Shown: piece by piece, positions 17,288 through 26,940 of the stretch
Numbering within the stretch: the first letter of the stretch is position 1
Layout of the letters: the number at the start of each line of letters is the position of its first letter
Sequence record: Ga0181570_10000307
Direction: 5' to 3' (one strand)
Length of the DNA stretch: 32,000 bases
Source of the DNA: a metagenome
Notes under the pieces: generated by a model
Databases searched by the model: none
Seen by the model: only the letters and a program-made list of their open reading frames with translations
Told to the model about the DNA's origin: nothing
Translations under genes and position numbers: made by a program

Positions 17288-18124
17288 TCACCGCGAAACG
17301 ACGTCTCGATTGATGGACGATTCCGTGTATTGCGACATTATTCTGTACGTCTCTGCGGCGCGCGTCGTCGACGCTGTCGTCGTCTTTTTCTTTGTCTGCG
17401 ATTTGCCATCCTCCGAGAGCCGAACCGTCACGACGACGCGTCCGATCGATACCGATCTCGCGCCGTAATCGTAGTGCGCGTCTTCCAATTTATCGTCAAG
17501 AAACACGACGTGGCGCCCCGGTCGACCGAACACGCCGAATCCGTTGACGTGGGCGTCAAAGCCGTACGCAAAGTACACCGACGGGTTCGATCCGACGGGT
17601 CGCGAGACGTCGCGAAATGTCTTCTTCGGCGTCGTGGGCGCCGCCACCAACTCGAACGCGCACGCGGCGTACGAATCCCCGAACATCTCACACCGTGGCC
17701 CATCCGGAACCCCATTCGGAAGGTACACCGCGCGAACCGGCGCGTCGTCCTCTCCGTTCGGCTCGACGAGCAGCGCGAGTGGCGCGAGCGCGTTTTCGAC
17801 GCACGCGCGCGTCAACGCGCCGAAACTCAAACCGTGTCTGCTGGAGTCAAATACCACGCGCCAAGACGATGACGACGACGAAAGTTGAGGTTTATTCCGC
17901 CGACTAGTACTAGTCGTCGTGGATTGTTCGATCGCGTTTCTCAACGCGCGCAGCGTCCCTCTCAGGTCCGAATCATCATCTTCAACATCTTCATCAGAGT
18001 TCGTTAAGCTTTCGTCGTCGTTATCGTTGTTCTGAGCGACGAATTCGGCGGCGCAAGCGCTTACATTATCCGAGTGACGTCGGCGTTCGTCGTCTGACGC
18101 GACGACGGATGCGGAGACGCCCAT
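17288..18124 (-). CDS. TLDc-domain protein (OXR1/NCOA7-like fold family) with an N-terminal MGxxxS myristoylation-type motif
   Basis: The track start at 18400 is GTG. The first ATG, at 18124, gives MGVSAS.. (279 aa). TLDc-like blocks: W.VVFDSSRHGLSF..L.......P.ALLVE, MFGDSYAACAFEL, and NGFGVFGRPGRHVVFLDDKLEDAH (cf. FGGGGGEFALWLDGDLYHG). Confidence 0.6.
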   Translation of the reverse strand: MGVSASVVASDDERRRHSDNVSACAAEFVAQNNDNDDESLTNSDEDVEDDDSDLRGTLRALRNAIEQSTTTSTSRRNKPQLSSSSSSWRVVFDSSRHGLSFGALTRACVENALAPLALLVEPNGEDDAPVRAVYLPNGVPDGPRCEMFGDSYAACAFELVAAPTTPKKTFRDVSRPVGSNPSVYFAYGFDAHVNGFGVFGRPGRHVVFLDDKLEDAHYDYGARSVSIGRVVVTVRLSEDGKSQTKKKTTTASTTRAAETYRIMSQYTESSINRDVVSR

Positions 18125-18390
18125 CGAAGTCTGACGCGTGCTATCGAAGTCTGACGCGAAAGGAAAAGAGGAGTGCGTGGATGAAAGAGTGAGTGTGAGC
18201 CACCACCTGAACCTAGCCCGAACCACATACCCACGTGGTGGTGGTGGTGGTGGTGGCGATGGTGGTAGGGTACTAGTCTTAAGGTTGTGATTTATAACAT
18301 TGAAACCGCCACTGACAAGAGTTACTACAAAGCGATGGGCATACGTGTGAAGAAAAGGGGAGCAGCGCCCGCGAACTACTGTAAAACTGC

Positions 18391-19353
18391 TCAACCGCAC
18401 ACGGCGCGTTTACCGTACGATGCGAATCGTGCGGTTGGCGGCTGTTGGCTTCCACTGGAGAGCTCGATCCACGGGCCTTCATTCGACTCCGTAGAACCGT
18501 AAAACGTCCACGACGTCGGGTCGCGCACCGGACAATCGTTGGCGGTGAAAAACTCGTAGTGGGAAAATTGCGAAGGCTCCACGGCGGCGAATACGAAATT
18601 GAGCCCACCTTCTTCACCGACGGTGTCTCTGTCGCACATTTTCGTGTTCAAGTCGCCATCCGTCGCCGCGTTCGGACCCTCGTTTGAAGCGCAGAGGTTT
18701 CCGTTGAGCACGGTGCTCTGCTCTGGGTCGAGCGCGAGCGTCTCTGTCCCCTTGTTTGTATACAGTTTGACTTCAGAAAACTGACAAATCATCGAACCGG
18801 AGCACGTCGTGCCAAAGAGTTCATCGCCCGGTGTATTTTGGCGAATCGTTTTCACGTTGAAGCGAAAGTACGAGTACCTGCCCGGACACGGGTCGCACCC
18901 CGTCGCCCCGTGGTGGTTACACACGCACGGCGGACACTGCTGATACCTCCACTGAGTCGGACGCGACGCGTACGGTTTCGTTTGACACAAGCGACAGCTC
19001 GGACCGTAACACCCGAGGCCTCCGCCGTTGATTTCGCACTTTTCATCCTGAAACGCGTACTCGCCGATCGCCGAGTTGTTGTGCTTGTGACACGCGGCGG
19101 TGCACTGATCAACCTCGGGTCCGAGCATTCTGTGCTGCGTGACGATGTACTTGTGAGAGCCAAGCGCGTTCGAAAAGTCGTTTCCGAAGCCGTACTTGGC
19201 GGACGCGAACCCGAGCGAGGCGAGCGCGAGCGCGCCGGCGATGAACCACGGCGCCGATTTCGACGACCTCACGCGAGACGCCGATGGTGTTGACGCCAAC
19301 AGGGGTGAATTTTCGTCTCTCTCGGCGTCACCGCGAAGGCGGCGCACGAACAT
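18391..19353 (-). CDS. Type II membrane protein with a Cys-rich module and a C-terminal galactose-binding-like (F5/8 type C / discoidin-like) domain
   Basis: The track start at 19398 is GTG. The first ATG, at 19353, gives 320 aa. A signal-anchor helix (WFIAGALALASLGFASA) is followed by ~17 Cys within ~110 aa. C-terminal signature: DGDLNTKMCD ... YEFFTANDCPVRDPTSWTFYGSTESNEGPWIEL, resembling the ANDxPxRDPxxWxLxGS motif of discoidin-like carbohydrate-binding domains. Confidence 0.6.
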   Translation of the reverse strand: MFVRRLRGDAERDENSPLLASTPSASRVRSSKSAPWFIAGALALASLGFASAKYGFGNDFSNALGSHKYIVTQHRMLGPEVDQCTAACHKHNNSAIGEYAFQDEKCEINGGGLGCYGPSCRLCQTKPYASRPTQWRYQQCPPCVCNHHGATGCDPCPGRYSYFRFNVKTIRQNTPGDELFGTTCSGSMICQFSEVKLYTNKGTETLALDPEQSTVLNGNLCASNEGPNAATDGDLNTKMCDRDTVGEEGGLNFVFAAVEPSQFSHYEFFTANDCPVRDPTSWTFYGSTESNEGPWIELSSGSQQPPTARFASYGKRAVCG

Positions 19354-19597
19354 CGCCGCGATCGAAGACGAAGATGAGGACAGCTGCGGTGTTTTCACTC
19401 AGCGCGGCGTTCGCGCACGAACGACGACGTTCGAGCGCAGACGACGACGTTTGCGGACAGACGCAGCGGAGTCTCCGCATTCGGTCGACAACGCCAAGTC
19501 GGACCGTCGAGATAATGCTCAGTAATACTTTTCCTACTATCTATATCCGTATTATAAAAACTTTTAAACTGAGTAGCCTATAAGAAATTTAATCACA

Positions 19598-19761
19598 TTA
19601 CCGATAAATATCTTTATGCATAGTAGGACATTTGGTACGTACTTCGTATGTCCGCTATCTAGTAAAAGTTTACCTCACCGATAAACATGTTTATGAAAAG
19701 TAGGACATTTGACACGTACTTGAATGGATAAAACGCTATCTAGTAAAAGTTTACCTCACCG
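19598..19761. repeat. Tandem ~80-bp AT-rich repeat (2 units) in the trailer of tRNA-Glu; each unit ends with a copy of the tRNA 3' acceptor strand plus T-run
   Basis: Units ~19600-19676 and ~19677-19757 align at roughly 85% with small indels. The 26-nt block ctatctagtaaaagtttacctcaccg occurs at 19655-19680 and again at 19736-19761, where it runs into the real tRNA. Confidence 0.85.
19745..19748 (-). terminator. Pol III terminator T-run downstream of tRNA-Glu (minus strand)
   Basis: The trailer reads ACTTTTAC on the minus strand, beginning immediately after the discriminator. Confidence 0.5.
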
Positions 19762-19823
19762 GGATTCGAACCCGAGTCTCTAGGGTGAAAGCCTAGCGTG
19801 ATAACCATCTACACTATGAAGTA
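19751..19823 (-). tRNA. trnE-UUC: tRNA-Glu (anticodon UUC), intronless
   Basis: Manual cloverleaf on the minus strand: TACTTCA TA GTGT AGATGGTTA TCAC G CTAGG CTTTCAC CCTAG AGAC TCGGG TTCGAAT CCCGG TGAGGTA A (73 nt). The anticodon TTC is the complement of 19788-19790. The 4-nt variable loop and 3-bp D stem are typical of eukaryotic tRNA-Glu. Confidence 0.9.
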
Positions 19824-20122
19824 CCGCTCGGACATAGGTCCGCAGCGATGAACGATACGCCAATTATGGCGCTTCATCGTCGTATGTACTCGCTAAGGCT
19901 TTACCAATCCGCATCTTTCGAGCGGCTAGTAGAGAGGATTGTAGACTACGGAGTGTGAATCCGTGGTCTGTTACGTAGTCGAGTGTACGGAAAAGTGTTT
20001 TACCCGAAAATCACACCGAGTGGTGTGTGTCGACGTACGGGTTTTGTAATTCACGCGCGCACCACGTTTGGACGACCGACACGACACTCCAGACACTTCA
20101 GTCGGCGGCGACTAGACCGACT

Positions 20123-21601
20123 ATGGCGCGTGGTAAACGCAAAGCCGCGGCGTCCGACGACGACGACGACGACGACGATGTCGCGCCTCCGGTTCCGCCT
20201 TCGGATTCCTCACCCTCCGCGGTGTGCCCGTACCTCGACACGATCGCCACCGCGAACCTGGATTTTGACTTTGAGCGCAAGTGCTCGGTGTCGCTGAGCC
20301 CGGTGCACGTGTACGCGTGCCTGGTGTGTGGAAAATACTTTTCTGGACGAGGGAAAAACACGCACGCGTATAAACACGCGGCGCTGAACGAGACCCCCAC
20401 GGGGCACCGCGTGTTCATGCACTTGGAAACGGGAAGGACGTATTGTTTGCCAGACGGCTACGAGGTCTCGTCCGAGGCTTCGGCGACGCTGAGACGCATC
20501 AGAGACGTACTGAAACCGGAGACGTACATGGCGAATAACACCGAGTATTGCGTCGACAACGTGGAGTCGGGACCGATGTGGAGACGCGCTTTGGATGGGT
20601 CTGAGTTTCTCGTCGGCGTCGCGGGGCTCAACGGTACGGCGCGCAGAGGCGAGCGCGATTCAGACGGTATTTGCGCCGTGCTTCAGAGCTTGAGTCGAGT
20701 GACGCCGCTCAGAAGACGATTGCTGTTGATGCCGTCTTCGTCGTCGTCATCCGCGTCGTCGTCGGACGATTCGCTGATCTGGCAACAACTGTCACATCTG
20801 ACAAAGAAAATGTGGAACGAGCGCAACTTTAAAGGACACGCGAGCCCGCACGAGTTCGTTCAGGCGGTTCGAACGCGGTCAAAGGATGCGTTTGGGACCG
20901 GAACCGGCGGCGACGCCGCGCATTTCCTTCGCTGGCTACTCAACGAACTCATTCGCGAGGAGAAGAAGGAGAAGAAAAAGACGAAAACGACGAAAACGAA
21001 CTTCGACACGATTGAGTCCATGTTTCAAGGCGAATTGGAAATCATCACGGGCGACGACGACGACGACGACGACGGAAGAACGACACGGGTGCCGCAAAAG
21101 TTCCTAATGCTTCACATGGAACTTCCCAACGTTCCGTTGTTTCAAGACGCCCGATCCGAAGCGCAGGTTATTCCTCAAGTGTCTCTGGAGCGCTCGCTGC
21201 TGAAACGCTTCGACGCGACGACGCCCGATCCGAAGACGCGACGCAGGTTTCGCATCACCAAGCTTCCAGACTATCTCATCATTAGCTATTCGAGGTTCGT
21301 GAAGAATAACTTTTTCACCGAGAAGAATCCAACAATCGTGACGTTTCCCGTGCGAGGCTTAAACGTCGCCGACCACGTGCCCGTTCCAGAGGGCGAAGCG
21401 GCGACGTACGACTTGGTCGCCAACGTAGTGCACGACGGACCGTCCATCGAGGACGAGTCGGCGTCGTATCGCGCCATGGTTTACCACGCGCCGGATAAGA
21501 ACTGGTACGAGACGCAGGATTTGCGCGTCGAAGAGGTTTTACCTCAGCAAGTCAACTTGACTGAGACGTACGTGCAAATTTACGAACGACGACGAGGATA
21601 G
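20123..21601 (+). CDS. USP39: U4/U6.U5 tri-snRNP-associated protein 2 (USP39/Sad1; ZnF-UBP plus inactive UCH-like domain)
   Basis: The track start at 20027 is GTG. The first ATG, at 20123, gives MARGKRK.. (492 aa). The ZnF-UBP is nearly identical in pattern to USP39: CPYLDTI....LDFDFE..CS.SLS....YACLVCGKYF.GRG...HAY.H......H.VF..L.T...YCLPD.YE. The Cys-box region GLNG(T) lacks the catalytic Cys, as expected for USP39. Confidence 0.9.
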   Translation: MARGKRKAAASDDDDDDDDVAPPVPPSDSSPSAVCPYLDTIATANLDFDFERKCSVSLSPVHVYACLVCGKYFSGRGKNTHAYKHAALNETPTGHRVFMHLETGRTYCLPDGYEVSSEASATLRRIRDVLKPETYMANNTEYCVDNVESGPMWRRALDGSEFLVGVAGLNGTARRGERDSDGICAVLQSLSRVTPLRRRLLLMPSSSSSSASSSDDSLIWQQLSHLTKKMWNERNFKGHASPHEFVQAVRTRSKDAFGTGTGGDAAHFLRWLLNELIREEKKEKKKTKTTKTNFDTIESMFQGELEIITGDDDDDDDGRTTRVPQKFLMLHMELPNVPLFQDARSEAQVIPQVSLERSLLKRFDATTPDPKTRRRFRITKLPDYLIISYSRFVKNNFFTEKNPTIVTFPVRGLNVADHVPVPEGEAATYDLVANVVHDGPSIEDESASYRAMVYHAPDKNWYETQDLRVEEVLPQQVNLTETYVQIYERRRG

Positions 21602-21736
21602 TAGAGAAGGCGGAAGAAGAGGTTTGAGCGCTGCCGACGGTGCAGCGCAGCGCGGCGCACGCACACGCACACTAGATAGAATATAATACACGACTACTTT
21701 TAGTACCACTACTGATAAAACGAATCATCCTCGCAA

Positions 21737-22507
<771 letters not shown>

Positions 22508-22548
22508 GCCGTGCGGTCGTCAGTCGTCGGTCGTCGAGCAGTGGGGAG

Positions 22549-22613
22549 GAGAGTGAGTGAGTGAGTGAGTATGAGTGAGTATGAGTGTGTGAGTGTGTGT
22601 GTGTGCGTGTGTG
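22549..22613. repeat. GT-rich compound microsatellite ((GTGA)n/(GT)n)
   Basis: gagagtgagtgagtgagtgagtatgagtgagtatgagtgtgtgagtgtgtgtgtgtgcgtgtgtg read directly. It lies between the IMP2-like start and the fucosyltransferase stop. Confidence 0.95.
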
Positions 22614-22644
22614 ATGAACAATTCGTGTCGCGCTATTACCTATT

Positions 22645-24540
22645 TCACGCTTCGTCGCCGCGCTTTCTCGTGTGACGACCCAATTTGGCGACGGGGTGCT
22701 TTTGCTTGACGAGCGGTTCGCCGAGCGGCGCCAAACGCCACTTGTAACACTTGGCGTCGAGCTCGTCGCACTTCTTCTCCAAAAAGTCGGAAGGGTTTCT
22801 AGGCGCGTTGGGGACGCCGAGCATCTGCCCAGAATTAAGACCCAACGCTTTGAAGCTGCCGTCGCACGATCCAGTCTGCGGAGCGCTCTTTGGAAACGCC
22901 GCTTCGCCCTTTTGCAAGACGGCGCACACGCCCATCTTCACGTCGCTACTCATGACGCGTAAGAGCTTGCGGAAACCCGGTTGCCACGTGTGTGGATCTT
23001 CATACCTCCACTGCGTGTACGACTTGTACTTTTCTTCGTCCCTCGCGATGGATCGAAGCTCTTCGCCGAGCGCCTCGGGCGAGTCAAACTTGCGCATGTC
23101 CACAAAGGCGTTCTTCACCGGCATCAGCTCTTCAATGTCGGGCGAACCCATGTAAACTGGAATGGAACCTCGAGCGAGCGCCATCCAAATTTTTTCAGTC
23201 GCGTACCCGTTGCACGCGGGGGCGTTCTCCATGGCAAAGTAAAACATGTACTTGGCCATAAGCTCTTGATACTTGGCCGACGAGTTCCCTCTCTGGGGTA
23301 GTCCCTTTGGAGCCTGGGCGTTGTGCTTGCAGGAACCCATGGAAAAGACTGGAAAGTGATCCGCAATCCTAACGAGGAGGCTTGAACGCGGTGGCAAACA
23401 ATCTATGGCTATCCAGGCGAGGCCGGGGATGCGCTCTGCAAAAGGCGTGGAGTGCGCCGGGAAATCGTGCACGAGCGAGTTGAGCGTCGGTCCGAACGGC
23501 CACCAGACGGCGGACTTTTTATTGTCGAAATACGCGAGGTAGTCAAACTGGGCGAGAACATCCGCGCGCCTGAGTTCGCCCCCGAACGTGCCCGCCGCCT
23601 CGTGGGCAAAGTAAAAGTCCACCTGCTTCGGATGCACCTTGGCGGGCTTGTCGTACGCGCCATTCTTGCTCTTGTGTCTGCCAGCCCAAAGGTAGGCAGA
23701 TTGGCTAAATACTCTCACGTCAGCCTTGCTCGTGTCGCAGTTACCAGACTGAACCTTGTCGAAACACAAACCGGGTTCGAATAGCAATCCAAACCCGGTG
23801 GCGTACACGGCGTCCCAGTGTTGCTTGGCGACGTCGAAACACACGGAAAACCCCTTGTTCGACCCCGACACCTCGGGCTTGTGCGCATACGCATCGTACG
23901 AAAGCGTCGGGTCGTAACCATGGAACGCATCCGGAAGATACCTATGATGCACGGGATCCAACGCCGCGGCCAACGCGAGCCTATCCACCTTGCCTCTCGC
24001 GTTCTTCGCGTACCTGTCCTGCACCGTAGCGTTGGTCTCTCTCAACGGCGCGAGAGACAACGCCGCCTCTGCCTTCGTCGCGGCGCGGTGACTTCGTCCC
24101 CAACCCACGACTCCATCAAACCAATACGAAGACACCGACGACGACGTAGACGACGACGACGTAGACGACGAAACCGAAACCAACGCGACTAAGACGGCGA
24201 TCGCCGCCCCGCCCGCGACTCGTTTCGTTCGCTCGCTCTGAAATCCCCACGACGACGACGACGACGACGGCGAAGCCCAAAAGCGACGCACAGCGTCCCA
24301 CGGCGCATCGTCCTCATCAACGTCGCCGTACCGCACTCGCGCGCTCGACGTTCCCGCGACGTCGTCGGCTTCACCGTCATCATCACGACGACTCATCGAT
24401 AACACCCATTTCATCAGCCCAGCGTCGACATCGTCGTCGGCATCGTCGCGCCGACGCGTTCGCCTTCCACGCGTCGCCGTCGCCTCACGCGTCTCGGCGT
24501 CGCCCAACAACGACGCGCGCTCCGTCGCGTCGCCAACCAT
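22645..24540 (-). CDS. Alpha-1,3/4-fucosyltransferase family protein (GT10), type II membrane topology
   Basis: The track start at 24600 is TTG. The first ATG, at 24540, gives 631 aa. Signal anchor VAGGAAIAVLVALVSV. GT10 motif YMFYFAMENAPACNGYATEKIWMALARGSIPVYMG (cf. YKFYLAFENS...DYVTEKFW.AL..G.VPVV.G), followed by F.S...L...L..I..D...Y..Y..WR. Confidence 0.82.
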   Translation of the reverse strand: MVGDATERASLLGDAETREATATRGRRTRRRDDADDDVDAGLMKWVLSMSRRDDDGEADDVAGTSSARVRYGDVDEDDAPWDAVRRFWASPSSSSSSWGFQSERTKRVAGGAAIAVLVALVSVSSSTSSSSTSSSVSSYWFDGVVGWGRSHRAATKAEAALSLAPLRETNATVQDRYAKNARGKVDRLALAAALDPVHHRYLPDAFHGYDPTLSYDAYAHKPEVSGSNKGFSVCFDVAKQHWDAVYATGFGLLFEPGLCFDKVQSGNCDTSKADVRVFSQSAYLWAGRHKSKNGAYDKPAKVHPKQVDFYFAHEAAGTFGGELRRADVLAQFDYLAYFDNKKSAVWWPFGPTLNSLVHDFPAHSTPFAERIPGLAWIAIDCLPPRSSLLVRIADHFPVFSMGSCKHNAQAPKGLPQRGNSSAKYQELMAKYMFYFAMENAPACNGYATEKIWMALARGSIPVYMGSPDIEELMPVKNAFVDMRKFDSPEALGEELRSIARDEEKYKSYTQWRYEDPHTWQPGFRKLLRVMSSDVKMGVCAVLQKGEAAFPKSAPQTGSCDGSFKALGLNSGQMLGVPNAPRNPSDFLEKKCDELDAKCYKWRLAPLGEPLVKQKHPVAKLGRHTRKRGDEA

Positions 24541-24806
24541 ACCGCCGCGTTCGTCGCGCGACGCCGACGACTCGGAAGTGGCGTCGTCGCCGATGAGCAA
24601 TTTTTAGTGTTGAAGGCGCCGATGGGCTCGTCACGTATCATATCATAAAAAAAATATATAGATGTACACTGTTTACACATACACGGTACTGTGTACGTAC
24701 ATACCGGTACGTTTCAAACGTGGAGAACGACAGACGGACGGACGGACACGCGCGACGCACCGGTCGTCAGACGACGCGGACGACGACGACGACGACGACG
24801 ACGACG

Positions 24807-26333
24807 ATGCGAGCGGTTTCGGGTTCGTTCGCGTCTTCGTCTTCGTCGTCGTCTTCGTCGTCGCGCGCGGCGGCGAACCCTCGTCGTACCGCGCGTGGTG
24901 CGGGTGTGAGAGTGCGATGCGAGAGCGCGACGCAGACGCGCGCGACGGCGCGTTCCCGTCGTCGTCGTCGTCGACGTCGTTCGTGGAACGTGTCGTCGTT
25001 GACGCGAGATTCAGATTTGAGCTTTGACGCGCTCGATCGCGAGTCTCGACGGCAGTTTTTGAGACTGGTGAGAGACGAACGCGACGGGGCGTGGGCGCTG
25101 CAGAGCGCCACGGTGGAGCTTCGGCCGCGGGAGTGCGACTCTTGGAACGGGAGCGACGAAGAGAAGCGGTTAAAGGTGTGCGCGTTGGTACATTACGGGA
25201 CGGAGGAGTATTATCGGGGGATGGCGAAGGATTTTGCGTGTGCAGGTGGTGACGACGGCGCCGGTGCCGGTGCCGGGCGGTGCGCGACGCTGGTGGAGCT
25301 CATCACGTCGCGGGAAAATTTAACCGTCGATGTCGATGCCGACGCATCCCCTTCCTCCTCTGTGAAATTGTGGCGCTTAGGTACAGAATTGGCACCCACG
25401 GCGGAGGCGCGAGCGCTCGCCGAGGCGCACGGATTGCGAGCGCAGTTGGACGTCTTGGACGCGCGCGAGGACGGATGGTTCGTCGCCGACGTCACGCGAG
25501 AGGAACTCATCGCGCTTCGAGAGGAAGCTGGACAGATGACGTCGAAGAGCGCGAAGAGGAGCGCGGCGGACGTGCGAAGGAGCGTGGTGTCCACGGGTAA
25601 TTTACCGCCGGCAATTGAAGCCTTGGTGGTCACGGCGACGGGTCGAGCGTCTGGCGGCGATCCGGCGCGTCTCTTCGCCCGCATGAGCTGTTGGTTCGTT
25701 CCGTGCCCAGAGGCGCACTTGTTACTCTTAGACTGGGTCTGGGCCGGTGGGAGGCCTTCCAACGTTCTCGGCGCCATGGTAGATTGCTGCGCGGCGGGAG
25801 ACTTGACGAGCGCGAGACGACTCGCCTTTGCGCAAATGATCGTCAGCGCGCAAGCCACGGGACCAGTCGGGGGTGGATCGTCTGAACCCATCCTCGTCGC
25901 CCGGCGCAACGACGTCGCCATCGACGGCGTCAAGAAAGCATTCAAGGCGCCCGGAGTCGACACCGTCAATCTTTTGTACGGTGGATTGCACGTCCCCGGT
26001 CTCGTTGAGTGCGCTCGCGAGAGATTGGATATGGACGTCGTCGACGTCGAATGGCGAGACGCCTGGCGCGTCACCCCTCCGTCCAACGCCTCACCATTAC
26101 GCTACGCCATACTTCCTCTATTATTATGCATCGACGGCACGGATTGGGCGCAAACGCTCCACGATGCCGTCGCCCTCGGTCCATCCACTGGCGTTCTCGC
26201 CGCGTTCCTCTACATTGTTCGCCACGGCGCGCTCTACTACGCCCTCGGCAAGTGGTTGCTCGAGTGGAACCGGCAGCTCTTCGAGACGGCAGACGACGGA
26301 GTTTCCCCAGACAACGTCAATTTCATAGATTAA
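24807..26333 (+). CDS. Hypothetical protein with a chloroplast-transit-like N-terminus and C-terminal hydrophobic helices; possible Tiki/TraB/GumN-like histidine motifs
   Basis: The track start at 24720 is GTG. The first ATG, at 24807, gives [27 protein letters not shown].. (508 aa). Motifs: VCALVHYGTEEYY and NLLYGGLHVPGL. Two hydrophobic segments near the C-terminus (LRYAILPLLLCI.., GVLAAFLYIVRHGALYYALGKWLL). The family assignment is tentative. Confidence 0.6.
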   Translation: MRAVSGSFASSSSSSSSSSRAAANPRRTARGAGVRVRCESATQTRATARSRRRRRRRRSWNVSSLTRDSDLSFDALDRESRRQFLRLVRDERDGAWALQSATVELRPRECDSWNGSDEEKRLKVCALVHYGTEEYYRGMAKDFACAGGDDGAGAGAGRCATLVELITSRENLTVDVDADASPSSSVKLWRLGTELAPTAEARALAEAHGLRAQLDVLDAREDGWFVADVTREELIALREEAGQMTSKSAKRSAADVRRSVVSTGNLPPAIEALVVTATGRASGGDPARLFARMSCWFVPCPEAHLLLLDWVWAGGRPSNVLGAMVDCCAAGDLTSARRLAFAQMIVSAQATGPVGGGSSEPILVARRNDVAIDGVKKAFKAPGVDTVNLLYGGLHVPGLVECARERLDMDVVDVEWRDAWRVTPPSNASPLRYAILPLLLCIDGTDWAQTLHDAVALGPSTGVLAAFLYIVRHGALYYALGKWLLEWNRQLFETADDGVSPDNVNFID

Positions 26334-26424
26334 TCAATGTAACACACTGTATCACCAGTACCAGCACCGATTACGTTGTAGAATGTGAATCCGCGCAACC
26401 GCGACTCTTCAAACTCTTCAAACC

Positions 26425-26853
26425 ATGCCTCGCTCACGCGCGCCCCCACCCCCGCCCTCGGCGCCGGCGCCCCTTGACGACGCGCAAACGCCAACGACGA
26501 CGGCGATGACGTTTGACGATGACGTCGCCAAACGTCTCAAACGCGACGGAACGCTCGACGCGCTCAAACATTCCGCGGTCGAACAGATGAAAACCAACCC
26601 GTCGTTGAAAACCTTTACGGAATTCGTGGTGCGTTCATCGGCGACGCTGCGAGACCCGCGGGCGAGAGAGCGGTCGAAAAAGGAATTAATCGACGCGTTG
26701 TTCCGGGAGTGCGAGGGTAAGGTGCTCGATGAGGCGCGAGCGACGGTTTGGGACGCGCTGACGGATGTGGAAGTCAAAGGCGGCGTGGGTAGAGAGGCGT
26801 ACGTGGGCGCGTTTCGGGCGGCGGAAGAGGAAAGGACGGCGGCGTCGAAGTAA
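26425..26853 (+). CDS. Small helical protein, possibly BOD1/Shg1 (COMPASS-associated) family
   Basis: 142-aa ATG ORF. The block VAKRLKRDGTLDALKHSAVEQMKTNPSLKTFTEFV....KKELIDALF resembles the BOD1/Shg1 pattern (I..LK..G.FD..R.........P....L...V..FV). Weak, from memory. Confidence 0.5.
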   Translation: MPRSRAPPPPPSAPAPLDDAQTPTTTAMTFDDDVAKRLKRDGTLDALKHSAVEQMKTNPSLKTFTEFVVRSSATLRDPRARERSKKELIDALFRECEGKVLDEARATVWDALTDVEVKGGVGREAYVGAFRAAEEERTAASK

Positions 26854-26940
26854 ACCGAGTGTTGTCATGTTATAGCGCGGATAACGTTAGTTTAGATGTA
26901 CGAGTACGTGTGTAGTTGAATATATTACAATCAATATCAA

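Noticed and set aside
19846-19879. Imperfect hairpin (cgatgaa..cgcca-atta-tggcg..ttcatcg) 23-56 nt upstream of tRNA-Glu
   Set aside because: It has only 7 + 5 bp with an asymmetric internal loop. I recognise no ncRNA family and see no second copy in the window. It cannot be distinguished from chance by eye.
20155-20178. Trinucleotide (GAC/ACG/GTC/GCC/TCG)n tracts encoding poly-Asp, poly-Thr, poly-Ser and poly-Ala in many genes (for example 20155-20178, 22381-22412, 24783-24806, 7675-7698, 8873-8898)
   Set aside because: These are in-frame homopolymer codon repeats in disordered N-termini or linkers. They are a common compositional feature of GC-rich picoalgal genomes, with no evidence of special function. 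They are only notable as likely length-polymorphic sites.
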